A model generated the notes under the pieces. The model did no database searches and was not told where the DNA came from. It was given only the letters and a program-made list of their open reading frames with translations. From positions 15,290,651-15,354,650 of the forward strand of contig CM120647.1 in NCBI GenBank assembly GCA_051362555.1: a stretch of DNA of 64,000 bases. Reading direction: 5' to 3'. Numbering within the stretch: the first letter of the stretch is position 1; each line of letters begins with the position of its first letter. This document shows, one piece after another, positions 1-13,250 of the stretch. Made by a program: the position numbers and the translations under genes. Origin of the DNA: Lingula anatina (lineage: Eukaryota > Animalia > Brachiopoda).

Positions 1-95
1 ACTGGGGCTATTATTAAAACACTCACTTATATGTTTGTTTTTACAATTAAAGCACATTAATAATATAGTCTTAATCAAATTAAAGACGTGTAATT

Positions 96-3000
96 CTAAT
101 CCCAGCAATTTTCCTCATCACTGCCGTCTCCACAGTCGTCGTTCTTGTCGCACTGATAGATAGGATAAATGCAGCGACCGTTTGTGCATTTGACGTTGGG
201 CTGAGGGCATGGACAGTTCTTCTCGTCGCTCCCGTCTCCACAATCGTCCTGCATGTCGCACACCCACTGGGGAAATATGCAAATCCCAGTGGGGCACTGG
301 TGGGTCTTGTTCTCGGAGACGCATTGGCAGTTTCCGGTGTCGTCTGCTTCGTCACTTCCGTCCCCACAGTCGTCGTAACCATCGCATTTGAATGCGACCA
401 TGATGCATTTGCCGTTTGCGCACTCGAATTGCTTGTCCCCACACGGAGACGGGCAATCTAGTTCGTCGCTGCCGTCAAAGCAGTCCTTCGTGCGACTGCG
501 ATCGCAAGCCAAAATCGCATGGATGCACTGCCCGTTTGCGCACTTGAATTGCCGTTCGGGGTCACAGTCAGAGAACGTACAGTTATCTTCGTCCCCGCCG
601 TCTGCGCAATCGAGAGAGTAATCGCACACGAAATCTTTCGGAATGCACTCAGCGTTTGAGCATTCGAAGCCCAGGCTACCGCAGCGGTTTGGACAGTCTT
701 TTTCGTCACTTCTGTCGGGGCAGTCGTTGACAAAGTCGCACCTCACTGACTCTGGCACGCAGCCTCCCTGGGCACAGGTGAACTCCGTGTCGTTACAAGG
801 CCTGTAGGTGCAATTTGTTTCGTCGTACCTGTCACCACAGTCGTCATAATGGTCGCAGACAAGAGCGACAGGAATGCATCTACCATTTAGACACCGAAAT
901 TCGAAACTTTGGCATGGCGGCATGCAGCCTGTTTCGTCACTTCCGTCTCCGCAGTGATCTATGTCGTCACACACCAGTGACGCTTGGATACATCGTTTGT
1001 TAGCACACTCATACTGGTCGCCAGTACAAGGGCATTCCATTTCGTCCTTTCTGTCTTCACAATCGTATCGCCCGTTGCAACGCCAAGAGAGCGGAATCAA
1101 GGCGCCATTTCCACATTGGAAGGTGGTGCCCTCTATCGACTTGATCTGATCGCATTCGATTTTTGAGCAATTGCCGTTGGCCAGAGAAGGTCCTTGTAAA
1201 GCGAATTCGGTTAAGCGGCTCCATTCGCAATCAGAACCACCTGCAATGAAATAATTGACCGGAGTGAAATGCATGTATATGAAATAGGGAGAACTTGATA
1301 ACACGAGAATAAACATTTGTTACGAAAAATATAAAAAGACGTTTTGATCTAATTTCCCATTATTTTATTATTTTTTGACTTTGAGCTCGAAACAGCAGTT
1401 ACGTTAACTTGCCACCAACCATCACACTTGAATACCGTTAACATCCAGCGTTGACGAGGTCTCTCCTTATTAAAGTTTTACCTACATGTAAAACGCACCC
1501 TTTCATTCATTGTTTCAGATTACTGGCTGTAAATTTTCTGTAAGTAACATACGCTTTTCGAAACCCTGCCTTTCATAGCACTTTCACATGAATCTCCTTA
1601 AATGAACCAGACACGACATTGTAAAAAAAAAAAAAAAATTCAACTTTTTTCAACATCGTCGTTTTGCTGGTTAACAAAGTTCAGATTCTCCAATTGTCTA
1701 TCATATAGACTGAGCAAAGGTATAAACGCCCCGTGTGAATAATACCTAACATTTGCACGGGCCGTTTATATTTTTATCTCAGTGTACGCAATGTACTGGA
1801 CCAACCTGCAGACGGATCCACCAGGCCATTGCAAATGGCTTCAGGGTCCACATTCATACAAGTCAGCTCCTTGTAACACACGGATGTCACATCTGGAAAG
1901 GAAACGTGGTCACATTTCGGTGCGGTTGATGGAGAACCCAAAATGAACTAGTCTGACAATGGTAGATGTTGTCAGACGTGGGTTATTATATTAGAATATC
2001 TTTGTTTGTCCGAGGCATTGTCTGGGAAGGTTTAGGATTGTCCGGAGGGAAGGGGAGGTCGTACTGATACCGTTAAATCAATTTTATTGTGATAACTTAT
2101 CACTGTTCTTACATGTTTACATACGTGTACTAATTATAGTGTCTTTGTAAAATAAGTGTATCCCAGTATACACAATGTACGGTGATTTAAAAAAAAAATA
2201 ATATGATGTTGATCGCTTGTCAGTAATGGATTAAAAAATTGAAAGTATCATATCCAATGATTCATAGCAAAAGGCTCATTTCTAATAATACTATCACTCT
2301 CATTAGATTGATCAAACTCTTTGGGGACTCTCGCTGAGTGCAATCAGATTGACAGATTAACACGCCTCTTCTTGTTTTCAACGTAGGCCTACTCGGGAAA
2401 TCACCGGCTTTTCTCTAGCGGTACGGCTACAATTTTCTCTAGCGGTACAGTTTTCTGTACCTCCCTATCTTGCCAGACAACTATCGCTCGATGTGAAAGA
2501 GGTCGGGTCTTACATTTGCAAACCTCCATACAAGGCAGAACAGGGAAAGGGCGTCGGTTCTCGTCCTGATAGCAACGGGGAAATAGCGCCTGACACAAGA
2601 AGGGCACCATGTACTGCGAGCAGTCGTGACACGCAGCCACACTCCGCAAGGACGCCAAGACGCTGGACTCCAGCGCTGTGGTCTAGAATTTAATGCAAGA
2701 ATAAATGGATTAACTAAAATATAAGTTGATTAAGTAATCAGAATACGTACGTGAATCCGAACATATAATAATAATAATAATAATAATAATAGTGAAAATG
2801 AAATAACATCAGTATTCTACTTACGGTGTCTTCGTGGCCAAATACATTTGGAAAGGCTGTCCCAAAACGTATTACGTGGGGGCACACGTCCACGCGTACA
2901 AATTCACATGGGTTCCAGGTTGCTGAAAAATATTAATAATAACAATAATAAGAAGAAGAAGAAGAAAGAGAAGAAGTAGAATAAGAAGAACTTAAGAGAC

Positions 3001-3716
3001 TCCAGAGATAATGGGTCGATATATAGGACCAGAAAGCTTATTTTTTAAATACCGTTTGTTGTTTCCTGGTCGTAAGATAAAAGCAGACCCATTGGCCTGA
3101 TTGCGTTGTACTTTAGTTTAATTCTCGCTTTAACAGTTTGTCTAGATTTATATTCAATACAAAGACTTGATACAAGGTATCCAAAAGTAATTCCAAAAAA
3201 GATCTGCCAAAATGGTTCCAGAAATGGTTTTGCATATACCCAATGTATTTTCTCATAAAGTAACCATGAACCCAAACATAAATAAATAAATAAAGGACAC
3301 AAAATGCGTATGCTTATGCATATACATAATACATGTATTTCATAAATTAAAAACCAGATAACCACACGCTCACCTTGTATAATAAAATACGCCATGATCG
3401 TCACACAGCCGAATATTGTAGCGGACGTCAACAGAACAAAAGGTCTGGAACACCACCCCGGCCTCGTGAAGCCACCGTACACCTCGCGTTCTTTTTCCTC
3501 TGTCTTAACCTTGTCACTGCAGAGCATGATCCCATTGAGGTTTACCTCCCGCTCCTTGTTCGCGATCAGCGCATCTAAGCTGTATTTACTGTCCATGCCA
3601 ACTTCTCGCTGTTGACCACCGGCCATAGCGCCTTCAATTAACCAATAAGGGAGGTGGTCAGCTTTCTCTGGCACCGACCAGTACTCGGTTTTGGCCAGTT
3701 CTTCTTTTCCGTCCAT
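96..3716 (-). CDS. Paralog 1: type II TM + Frizzled CRD + 9 LDLa repeats (corin-N-terminus-like architecture, no protease), ~613 aa
   Basis: Exons 3716-3374 (tail+TM), 2922-2825 ([10 protein letters not shown]...[12 protein letters not shown]), 2682-2514 ([20 protein letters not shown]), 1892-1806, 1240-96 (LDLa array, DCxDGSDE motifs). All introns are GT-AG, phases 1,0,1,1; total 1842 nt is in frame. Confidence 0.85.
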
Positions 3717-6094
3717 CGCTTGCGCCAAAGGTTCAAACAAGGCGACTGGTTGACCCTAAGTGTGTTGTTCGATGAAAGAGTTATGGAAGGACACCCAAAT
3801 TCTCACGAAACACCAGAACGCAAAATTAAAGCTTCCTGTAAAGCGTTTCAGAACCAACTGTGTCAGGGTTTTCAGGTCTTTCGGTAAACAAGTATTTAAA
3901 AATACAATGATACATATCAAAACAATGAAAACCGAGCCTAAAGTATACTTCGCGTTGCGGATAGCGCTGTTGATTCTCGTACAGCTTTTCTTTGAAAGAA
4001 ACCAGTGTCAAAGCTAGTTTCCGTTCTGACGAATCGTTGCGTCAACGTGCTCTAGGGGAAATATGGCGACGAATGTCGTTGATGAACAACAGCAAATAAT
4101 GACAATAATAATTATAAATAAAAATACTGAAAAATGTATATCAATTAGTTCATAATTTAAAGAATCTTCGAGATTGCATGCACGACTGATAAGGAAAGCC
4201 ATCAATTATTCTTAAATATAAATTTCGTTTAGATCTTTTCTTTTTAGAATCTTTTAGATATGATATAACACGACGCAGCAACTTTTAATAAAAGTAACTT
4301 ATTTAGGAACAGAATTGCAACAGCTTTCAGGGACAGAAAAGGATGTTTTTTTACCACAGTTTGGTCATAATCATTCCAGCATATCCACAAACATGTCAGA
4401 CATCTCATTATGATGTTTGTGATAACCCATAAATAAGAACAAAAAGTCTGAAGTCTTGTTTATCTGACAGTTGTTATTCACATTGCAGCTAGATATTTGA
4501 GACGTCATGCAAAAGACACAAAAAACAATCGAATTACTAGAAAAAATAAGGTGGTATCGACAGCCCCAGGTAAACTCTGCCATATGATCTAGACCTACAA
4601 AAGCAACTCTTCGAAATTCATTGCATGCCGCGCCCGCCAACGTGCCTACGGCTCTTTACTTTAAGTGTCCATAATGGTAAACAAAATGCACACTGCAGCT
4701 GCGCCAAGACGTTTCCTTGTACAGATGATAAGTCTATTTTTTTTTTACAAATAACCAACCGTTGCCTTCTTTCTGATCACTAATGCAACTGTTCAATTTG
4801 TGCGGCAGGTTTTGTACAATCCGCCAATCTTATAAACAACATGTGCGCTTGTGTATAGTGACAAGTCATTTTTTTTGCACGAATCAAGAAATGAACTCAT
4901 GCGCTCATACAAATATGTGCTCTGTATAAATACATTACACACAAAAAAGTTTACAAAGTCGACTGATATACAATGAAAAATGAAATAATTAATGAAGAAA
5001 TGGATCAGGAAATAATTCATCCAGAAATTCAAGACGTTTCCCATGTAGATATGTTTTAACATTAAAATTCTAATTTTTAAAAAATTAATTTTTTCTTCAC
5101 AACTGAACAGCAATGACATCATTTCGGCACCCTCACCCGTAAGTCCTCCGGCTCGTGATCTACCACCTGAAAAACAACTGCACGCACAGAGGGCGTCGCT
5201 AAGCAGGAGGTAGGGGTATATGAGGGAGTAGAGGTAATAGGAGTCAAAACCCTACCCTAGGTTCTAGATTCCGGTATTGCCAGCTCGATCTTGATTTCAT
5301 ATATAACCCATAGCAGCAATACCAGGTGAAAGTGACTCCATGGTATATTTAATATTTAACAAACTAACTTTCACGTTGCTCTGACACTCAGGGTACAAAA
5401 CCCTTGCCGATAAACATTATCAGCAACACAGAGAATTAAATTTGTACTCGGATACGCATCGATAATAGAATTAAGAAACGAATAAATGTTTGAGAAAATA
5501 ATTGTACATAAATACAAAATAACAAAACAGAGGAAACAACCAGAAAAATGCCATACATACTTTTTAAAGCAGAAAACGACTATAATGTTGCTTCATGATT
5601 GCTCTGTTCTTGAACTCCGGAATAAATGTATAGATTTTATGTAAAGACCAAATAAAACGATAAGTTGGTTAGCGAATTCCCTCTACCATGATCAGAGATT
5701 GTATTTTCCCTGGATCGTCAAAGATAATTTCTCTGGATAATTCTTTGGACTTTTCTGTAATGTGAAGATTTGTGCACATAACTGTGGACGTGTAGTCACC
5801 TGGCCTCATTCTGATAGAGAGTAGTTCACGAGCGCGACGGTCCCCAATTTTTAGGAAATTTGGGCATTTATTACCAACTTTTTTGATTAAGAAAACTGCA
5901 AAAGACATTGGTACGTTAAGTAGAATTTTGGGATCCCCCCTCCCGACCCCCCCCCCCCAAAAAAAAAAGAAACTTAATTTGACGTTTACTTGTGAATTTG
6001 ACACCCTCCACCTCAGCATCAATTGCTGAATATTTATATCAGTATATATTCAACAATTACAAATTTTACAAAATTTTCTATCATCATCAACAAC

Positions 6095-6143
<49 letters not shown>

Positions 6144-6174
6144 TAATACCATAAAAAATATCAAACAATTTCCT

Positions 6175-8586
6175 TCACACACGGCAGTTGAATTCATCAC
6201 TTCCGCCTGCACAGTGAGGGTAGCCATCACAAACCAGTGATCTTCGAATGCACTCACCGCTTGAACAGTGGTAATACGTCGAATCAAAACACGTGCAGTC
6301 TCCTTCGTCACTTCCGTCGAGACAATCGTCATCGAGGTCACAGTACGAGAACCCCATGATACAGTTACCGTTATCGCAGCGAAACTGCGACTCCCCGCAC
6401 GAGGAGCAGTTGCGTTCGTCACTTTGGTCGGGACAGTCTCTTTTTCCGTCACACACCATGGTAGTGTCGATACAAAGGGGTCCTTCCACACACCGAAAGT
6501 CAGTCTCGTTACAACACATGGCGTCCACTTCATCGCTCCCGTCACTACAGTGCTGGATTCCGTCACAGACGATTTCGTTGGGAAAGCAAAAACCACTGGG
6601 ACCGCAAAAGAATCCTTCGCACGTATTTGTGCAGTTTATTTCGTCACTTCCGTCACCGCAGTTATCAACACCGTCACATTCATGCCACAAATTGACGCAG
6701 TTTTTGTTGCTACATGTAAAACCAGGACAAGGGCAGTTGGATTCGTCCCTCTCGTTCGTGCAGTCGATCACGCCGTCACATTCCTGTCGTGCGTCGATGC
6801 ACTGTGCTTCGTCGCACTCGAAACCTTCGCACGTGCAACCGACTTCGTCACTTCCGTCCCTACAGTCGTCCATCTCGTCGCATACCCATGCAGGATTAAT
6901 ACACCTCCCATTAGAGCAGAGAAACTCCAAGCAAGGGCAGTTGTCTTCGTCGCTTCCGTCCCCACAATCGTCATATTCGTCACACTCATAATTAGAGTTG
7001 ACGCATTTGCCACTGGAACACTGGAAGTGCCCATGCGCTGAGCAGTTGCAGTTGAGTTCGTCTGACCGGTCACCGCAATGGTCGAAAAGATCACAATAAA
7101 GCACTCGTGACACACAATTATTGTTCTTGCACCAGAATTCGTTTGTGATGTCACAGGGTGAGCAGGTTTCTTCTGTTTCGTCACTTCCGTCCTCGCAGTC
7201 AATTATGTCGTCACACAGCCAAGATTTCCAGATACACTCTCCGCTGTGGCACTGGACCTGCAGGTTTTTGCAAAGCGAGGGACAGTTTTTTTCGTCACTG
7301 CCGTCCACGCAATCGACTCGTCTATCACATCTTGAAGAGATAGGGATAGTTGCCCCATTTTCACAGTAAAACTTTGAATCGTCGATAACTTCGCCTTGAC
7401 TTGTACATTTCGGGACTGCATCGCTCGGTAGCGCTAGCAGTTCAGAAATTTGCTCATTGAATCTGTACCAGTCGCAACGGCGTGGGCCTGAAATCAAATG
7501 TTGATACTTTTAACTTTCTTTCAAATACATAATTATCTGTTCATATGTGCCAATCCACAGATCCGTATTTCTTTCACTTAATATTATATAAATAAATATG
7601 ATCATTTCATGATCGATTGAAGGAAAGACGTAAGTAAAACCAATTCCTCCGAGTTTTGCTATACGTAAAGACAATAATCAAATCATTTATAAAAAGTACC
7701 CTTCATACTGAAGATATAGAATATATAATCCCATCTGAGCAGTCACAAAGCCGCCATACCAAAGTGACGGCACAATGACGTATTATGTCCACCTGCGGGA
7801 TCATAGTCCGCTGTCCCATATGCTGTTATATAGCGAATGCCAGCGTCTTTGCGTAAACGACATGTAACACACAGAGAAAAAGTAGGGTGCAAAGGTGCAA
7901 ACAAAAACTTTAATACAGCGAGATGTGGGACCAGCAGGTAAACAACCAGTTAGACTGACATCGGCCCTACCGCACATCAACCAGCAGACAAAAATGAAAC
8001 CGAGACAAAACAAAGTTTCACATGTGTGTGACGTCATGTATGTGACGTCAAAGCGTTGAAATGACGTCGTGTACGTGCCATCTTGGTCTTATTTCATGCC
8101 TTACCTACCTGTCGGCACAGCAGTATGTTGACATAGATTGGTGATGTTTAATCCAATCCTGTTAAGATCACGTTGGCACACTTTCGTCACAACTACAATG
8201 ACAAAATTTTGAAAATTTGAATTGAATTAACACTTTTGGCTCCACAGTTGTGTCGATAGCGCATTAGTTGAAATTAAGTCTCTCTTCTAAATGCTTAAGT
8301 GTCTTATCCTGCACTAAGAATATTTTTCTGTATTTATTCCTGTTTTTATTCCTACAAAATAAATCAAAACGGGCAAATTACAGTTGTTCGTGCAGATACA
8401 CTGTACATTGTATCCTTTATAATTATTTCCGTCCACTTATACGTTTAGCTGCGGCGATGCATTTGAAAAATATCGGGAAATCAAGAAAATAAGATGAATA
8501 AAGTAATATAAAAGTAATAAATAGCAAATATAAAACTAGTAACAGTTATTGGATTTGCCAGTAATGCATGCACATAATCACAAAAA

Positions 8587-8633
<47 letters not shown>

Positions 8634-8893
8634 AAAACATACATTTGCAAATATCTTCACAAGGTGGCGCTGGCGACATCCGCCCGCCCTTGTCTACGTG
8701 GCAACGTGGGAACATCATTCCGCACACGAAGGGTACAAGGTATTGAAAACATGGCGGACAAAATGGCGTCTCTTGGAACCGTGAGTATATCATGGACTTC
8801 AGAGCTGCCTCCTGGTGAAAAAGATGGATATGAATATTCAATAAAGACATAGCATTAGAACAGCAATTGTTTATTGCCTGGATACGGTTTTTG

Positions 8894-8943
<50 letters not shown>

Positions 8944-11842
8944 TTATTTGTTCTTATTGAATAACAATACCAATTTTTATTAGTCCATTATAATGATAAT
9001 CTTCATATTTTGCTTTAGATATTTAATGTTTCCTAATTTTTAATTGGAAAATGCTATCATCAAAAGTAATGCCTTAATACTTTAAAAATGGAAGCAAACA
9101 GAGTGAAACGCGAGTAACTATCCAATGTGAAGGTGGTGCGTTAATTGAGTACAATTCCTCAACTTACAGCATCTTCGTGGCCGAATGCATTGGGGAAAGC
9201 GGTGCCCTCAGTGAGTACGTTGGGGCAGGCGGTGATGTTGATATATTCACACGGGTCCAGCTTCTGTTCTGCTGAAATTGGAATTCAGTGATTGTTTAAC
9301 TCCATAACACTTCGGTGAAATTCAAATAATAGTGTAGACAGCAAAGATAGCAAATATACAGACATCATGACAAACAGGAAAACCGTGTTTGTAAAACTAA
9401 ACCGATCGAGCTGACTTTTTGAAAGGAACATGTCTTTCTTAAACAAAGTCACTCAGATAAAATAATAAAATGTTTTGCACTCATGGGGTGAACACCATCA
9501 AAGCACTTGCAACAACAACAAAAAAAAAGGGGGGGGGGGAGAACACACATATACATACACACAAAATTAACAACTTTTGTAAAAATCAGCCTGCTCATCC
9601 TAATTTTCAAGGAAATCTTTTTAGGCAAACAATGATACTCAGAAAATTTAAAGTGAAACAAATATATAGTTTTGGCAGTTACAAGGACTGCATGACGTTT
9701 CGGACGGGACAGCAACGGCGAAGGTCACATCGACGTCACGGACAAACAGTCATTACATGTAGAATAAAGACAAACAGTGTCTGTACGTAAAAACAAATTA
9801 TAAATGTTGAATGAATTATTTTAGGTCATGATGTTGACACTTTGCATTATGATTAGAGTATAAAAAGAGAATATAAAAGCCGTTTCATGGAATATTTTAT
9901 TTCATACCTTCGGCAATATCTTTTAACGGAAGGTGTGGACTCGGAAAATCTAGATTTGCGCAAATACTGTACACTTATAATATAATTTACCCCCCCCCCC
10001 CATAAATACCTATCGAGCTCCAGACAATATTACCACCTCATCTGCCTATACTATTAACGTATGCTACTAAGCTTTAAATGGATGTGCATATGTTTATGCG
10101 TTCGTCTTTTCGGACTCCACCACATGGTCAAAATGAAAACTTGCTTGTGGTGTATGAATGCCACACACATGCGTACACATAGCAATTCAACCGCTGTAAT
10201 CACTGAAGCTACACTGTAAAAACAGTGTTTAGCACTTAAACACATTTTTAAGCCCCTTTTTTGTCTCCTTTTTTTCGACGCGTTTAGCTCCTAAGCACGT
10301 TGAGCTCCTTAACATGTTACACGCTTTGACGCGTTTGACGCCTATTAAATGTATGGTGTATTTGCTTAACTTTTAGGTGGTAAGGGTCTCAACTGTTTTA
10401 GTTTCACATGCGCGCGCGTACACACACACACGAAGTCACGGTCACCTGTAACTGCTATAGCTATCTGCGTCTATAACAGGGTTCCGTGAACTGTCAACAT
10501 TGTTGACTAAGCACCATCACCTTTGCAGCGTGACTTATTCATCCTTGTGTTAGCTGACCTTGCGAAAATGTTTATTGGAATATATTTCTGAAAATCAAGT
10601 TAGGAAAATTCAGTAGTTTACTAAAAACACTAAACAGCTATCAGTTTTACTTTAAAACATTTTTTTCATATTTTGATGAAATGCGTTACGGTATTGATGT
10701 CTACTTATTTTTTACTGGAAGTAATGAACAATAGAACATCAGGATGATGGTGGGGTATTCATTATAATGGTTTATTTAAGCTTTCATCGCATGCTGGTTA
10801 TTTTGGTAACGATAGTCCGAATATTTAACAAATCGCACCGCTCTAGTCGTCTACATGTACTAACCCCAAGCCAAATTTGGAATAAACCGCTAACTGTAGT
10901 TCATACAGCACTAAGATCTAATAAACGGATATACAAGATCTTAGTACAGCATAAGACGTATTTGGGTTTTTTATAAAAAAGGTTTTCAAAACATTGAATA
11001 ATGTTTTTCCGGAATGTTATAAAACGCTTATAAAACCGCAGGGGCATCATATTGCATGGAGTTAAAAACACCCATAACGTTACCATACATTATTCTATAC
11101 CATCACCATCATGTAACCAGCTGATAACGTCGTGAATTTGTTATTTGGATTATTACTTAACACAACGCGTTCGAGCAGGCTGCTCCACGCCTCCAACAGC
11201 TCCATACGTTTACAAAGGGAAGAGTTAAGCCAAATTGTTGAGTCTTGTAATAAACTTGTTAAGGGATTCTGAAAATTTTTTTCTGTGACAAGCTTGAAAA
11301 GCTAAACCTGTTGTTCAGCAGCTCCACGCGTTTAGGAGTTCCACACCTATAGCAGCTCCATATGTTTAGCAGCCTCACGTGCTTAGCAGCCTCACGTGCT
11401 TAGCCAATGTGCTTAGCTTGTGATAGACTTGTTATAGAATCATATGCCGGTGAAGCTAAACACATAGCTAAGCATGTAACACTGCCAACGTGTCTAGCTT
11501 TTTCTTCTGTGAAACGCTTGAAAAGCTATACGTGTTTGGCTTTTACACATATTTCTAAATGCGTATAGGCGCCTAACGTGTGTTGTATGTATTTAAATGC
11601 TAAACATCGTTTTACAGTGTAGTGTAACTTCTCCATATTTAACCCCCCCCCCACTCAACCTGATTTCCCAACCCCCACCACCCTACAGATAAAAGAAGAA
11701 AAAGAAGAAAGACAGAATTAAAACAAACAAAACCTACAAATAACATTTCCGGCTCAAGGCAATCTCAGCCACAGTCACATCTATATACACGTTTAGTGCA
11801 TAAAATTACATTACCTGGATTGAGATAATAATAACATTTATA

Positions 11843-11896
<54 letters not shown>

Positions 11897-12346
11897 GACA
11901 TGGTACAATATACAAATATTAAACTTTGCCATTAATTAAATCACAAGCAAAATGAGTAAAAGAACCGAAAGCCAATCCCGATACTCACCACGTATTCCCA
12001 GATACGTAACAACTGCAGTGCCGGCTACTATACTAGTTAGCAGAAGTATTACCATCGGGACCAAACAGGGGTCTCTGCTCGTGTCACTTAACTCTCTCTC
12101 TTGGTCCTTGCAGCTAGCACTTCTCGGTTCCTTGGCGCCGTCACCGTTCATTTCATTGCCTCCATGGTTGTTTTCGACGTCAGCATCTGTTAACCAAAAG
12201 CGTTGGTCAAGTTGACCGGTTTTAACACTGGCAACCGAGCTGCTGGACGCAGCGTCCTCACCTGGTCCATTATCACACTGGTCAGTTTCGTTTTTATCGG
12301 ACATGCTTGTTACGCGCGCAGGTTGTTCACAGTTTTCCCCCTGCAT
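6175..12346 (-). CDS. Paralog 2: type II TM + Frizzled CRD + 11 LDLa repeats, ~675 aa
   Basis: Exons 12346(or 12304)-11989, 9271-9168 (CEYINITACP...TAFPNAFGHEDA), 8811-8643, 8192-8109, 7487-6175. GT-AG introns with the same phases as paralog 1; total 2028 nt. The start codon is uncertain. Confidence 0.85.
10212..11619. mobile_element. Non-autonomous EnSpm/CACTA-like DNA transposon in intron 1 of paralog 2
   Basis: Imperfect TIRs CACTGTAAAAACAGTGTTTAGCACTTAAA ... TTTAAATGCTAAACATCGTTTTACAGTG, TA on both flanks, and subterminal short repeats (ACGCGTTTAGC / CACGTGCTTAGC). Confidence 0.7.
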
Positions 12347-12889
12347 ATGGATTAGCCTGGTTAGATTTTGGTTATAATCTGACAGATACACCCAACGATT
12401 TTATCACATCTGTTATCGAAGCAATTCTTTATCTTGTCGTATATTGTGGTTTCTAAATCACGTACAGGGGGTCCGTAAGCTCACGAAAACGAGTCTCTAC
12501 CCGGCGTAACCTTTCCACGTAAATATCTGATTTTCTGAAAGCTTTCTAAACCCGTTTCTATTGTACACATAAGGGGATGTCAATTTATTACAGTTATAAT
12601 GTAGGTCAATTTAATGTCAGTTTTACGACATCTTCCGAGTAATGTTCTATTACACAGATCAAAGACACCCGTACGTCATACTGCATACATGCTGCTTTTT
12701 GTACCTTGGCCCGTCGTCATATTTTATATTGTACACTCCCTTAAAAAAAAGGTGTCAAAAAGTGTAAAATTTGTCACAAACATAGGAAATAGAATGCTGC
12801 TAACATGGCTTACTCGTAGAGCAACATTTAATCAAAACAGGACAAAACACATTTCCGGGTTTAATGCCAAAAGTAACATACACAATCAA

Positions 12890-13250
12890 CGTTTTCCATG
12901 AGGAGACCAGTGATAAAAGCCAGACAACATCTACGTCGAGTAAGATCTGGACATCAGCCAACAACTGGGCAATGAGGCTGTACTCAAATAAAAGCAAGTT
13001 CAGCGTTGACAGAAATAATTAATGGACTCGTATTAGTTGTAGAACAGCTGGTGAGAAAGTGTCTTTCCAATCGTCTGTTTCCTACTGGACGCACCACATA
13101 TCATGGTATGGGGTGTATTGGCTACCATGTTGTTGGCGAGCTTTCAATGGTCAACGGGAACACAGAGCAATACTTCCAAGTACTGGAAATAAAGAAAAAT
13201 GAATACTTGTGTCGAGAATATCATTGGAGATTGTGACCACCTAGTTAGAA
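12890..13250 (+). pseudogene. Decayed Tc1/mariner transposase fragment
   Basis: Frameshifted translation gives W..LYSNKSKF (cf. W..VIFSDESKF) and IMVWGCIGYHVVGELSMVNGNTEQYFQVLE..VENIIGD (cf. the Tc1 VMVWGC block). Confidence 0.65.

Noticed and set aside
96-1316. LDLa ORFs read as standalone secreted proteins or as fragments of one giant LRP/megalin gene
   Set aside because: The ORF N-termini are intronic pyrimidine tracts before AG acceptors. Each array ends in a stop, has its own TM and FZ exons, and no EGF/YWTD modules are present.
3045-3373. Extra hydrophobic segments in ORF 3045-3740 suggesting a multi-pass protein
   Set aside because: They lie past the GTGAG donor at 3373, i.e. T-rich intron read-through, and are not shared by the paralogs.
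5992-6240. Hydrophobic poly-Ile or FIYL ORFs (also ~8578, ~19549 tail, ~41014)
   Set aside because: Translations of (ATA)n, (AAAT)n and (TA)n microsatellites.
6087-7421. Long alternative-frame and antisense ORFs over the LDLa exons (e.g. 6268-7041 +, 6087-6596 -; also 16675-17517, 25144-25707)
   Set aside because: Shadow frames of Cys/Asp/Gly-rich repetitive codons; no domain character or splice support.
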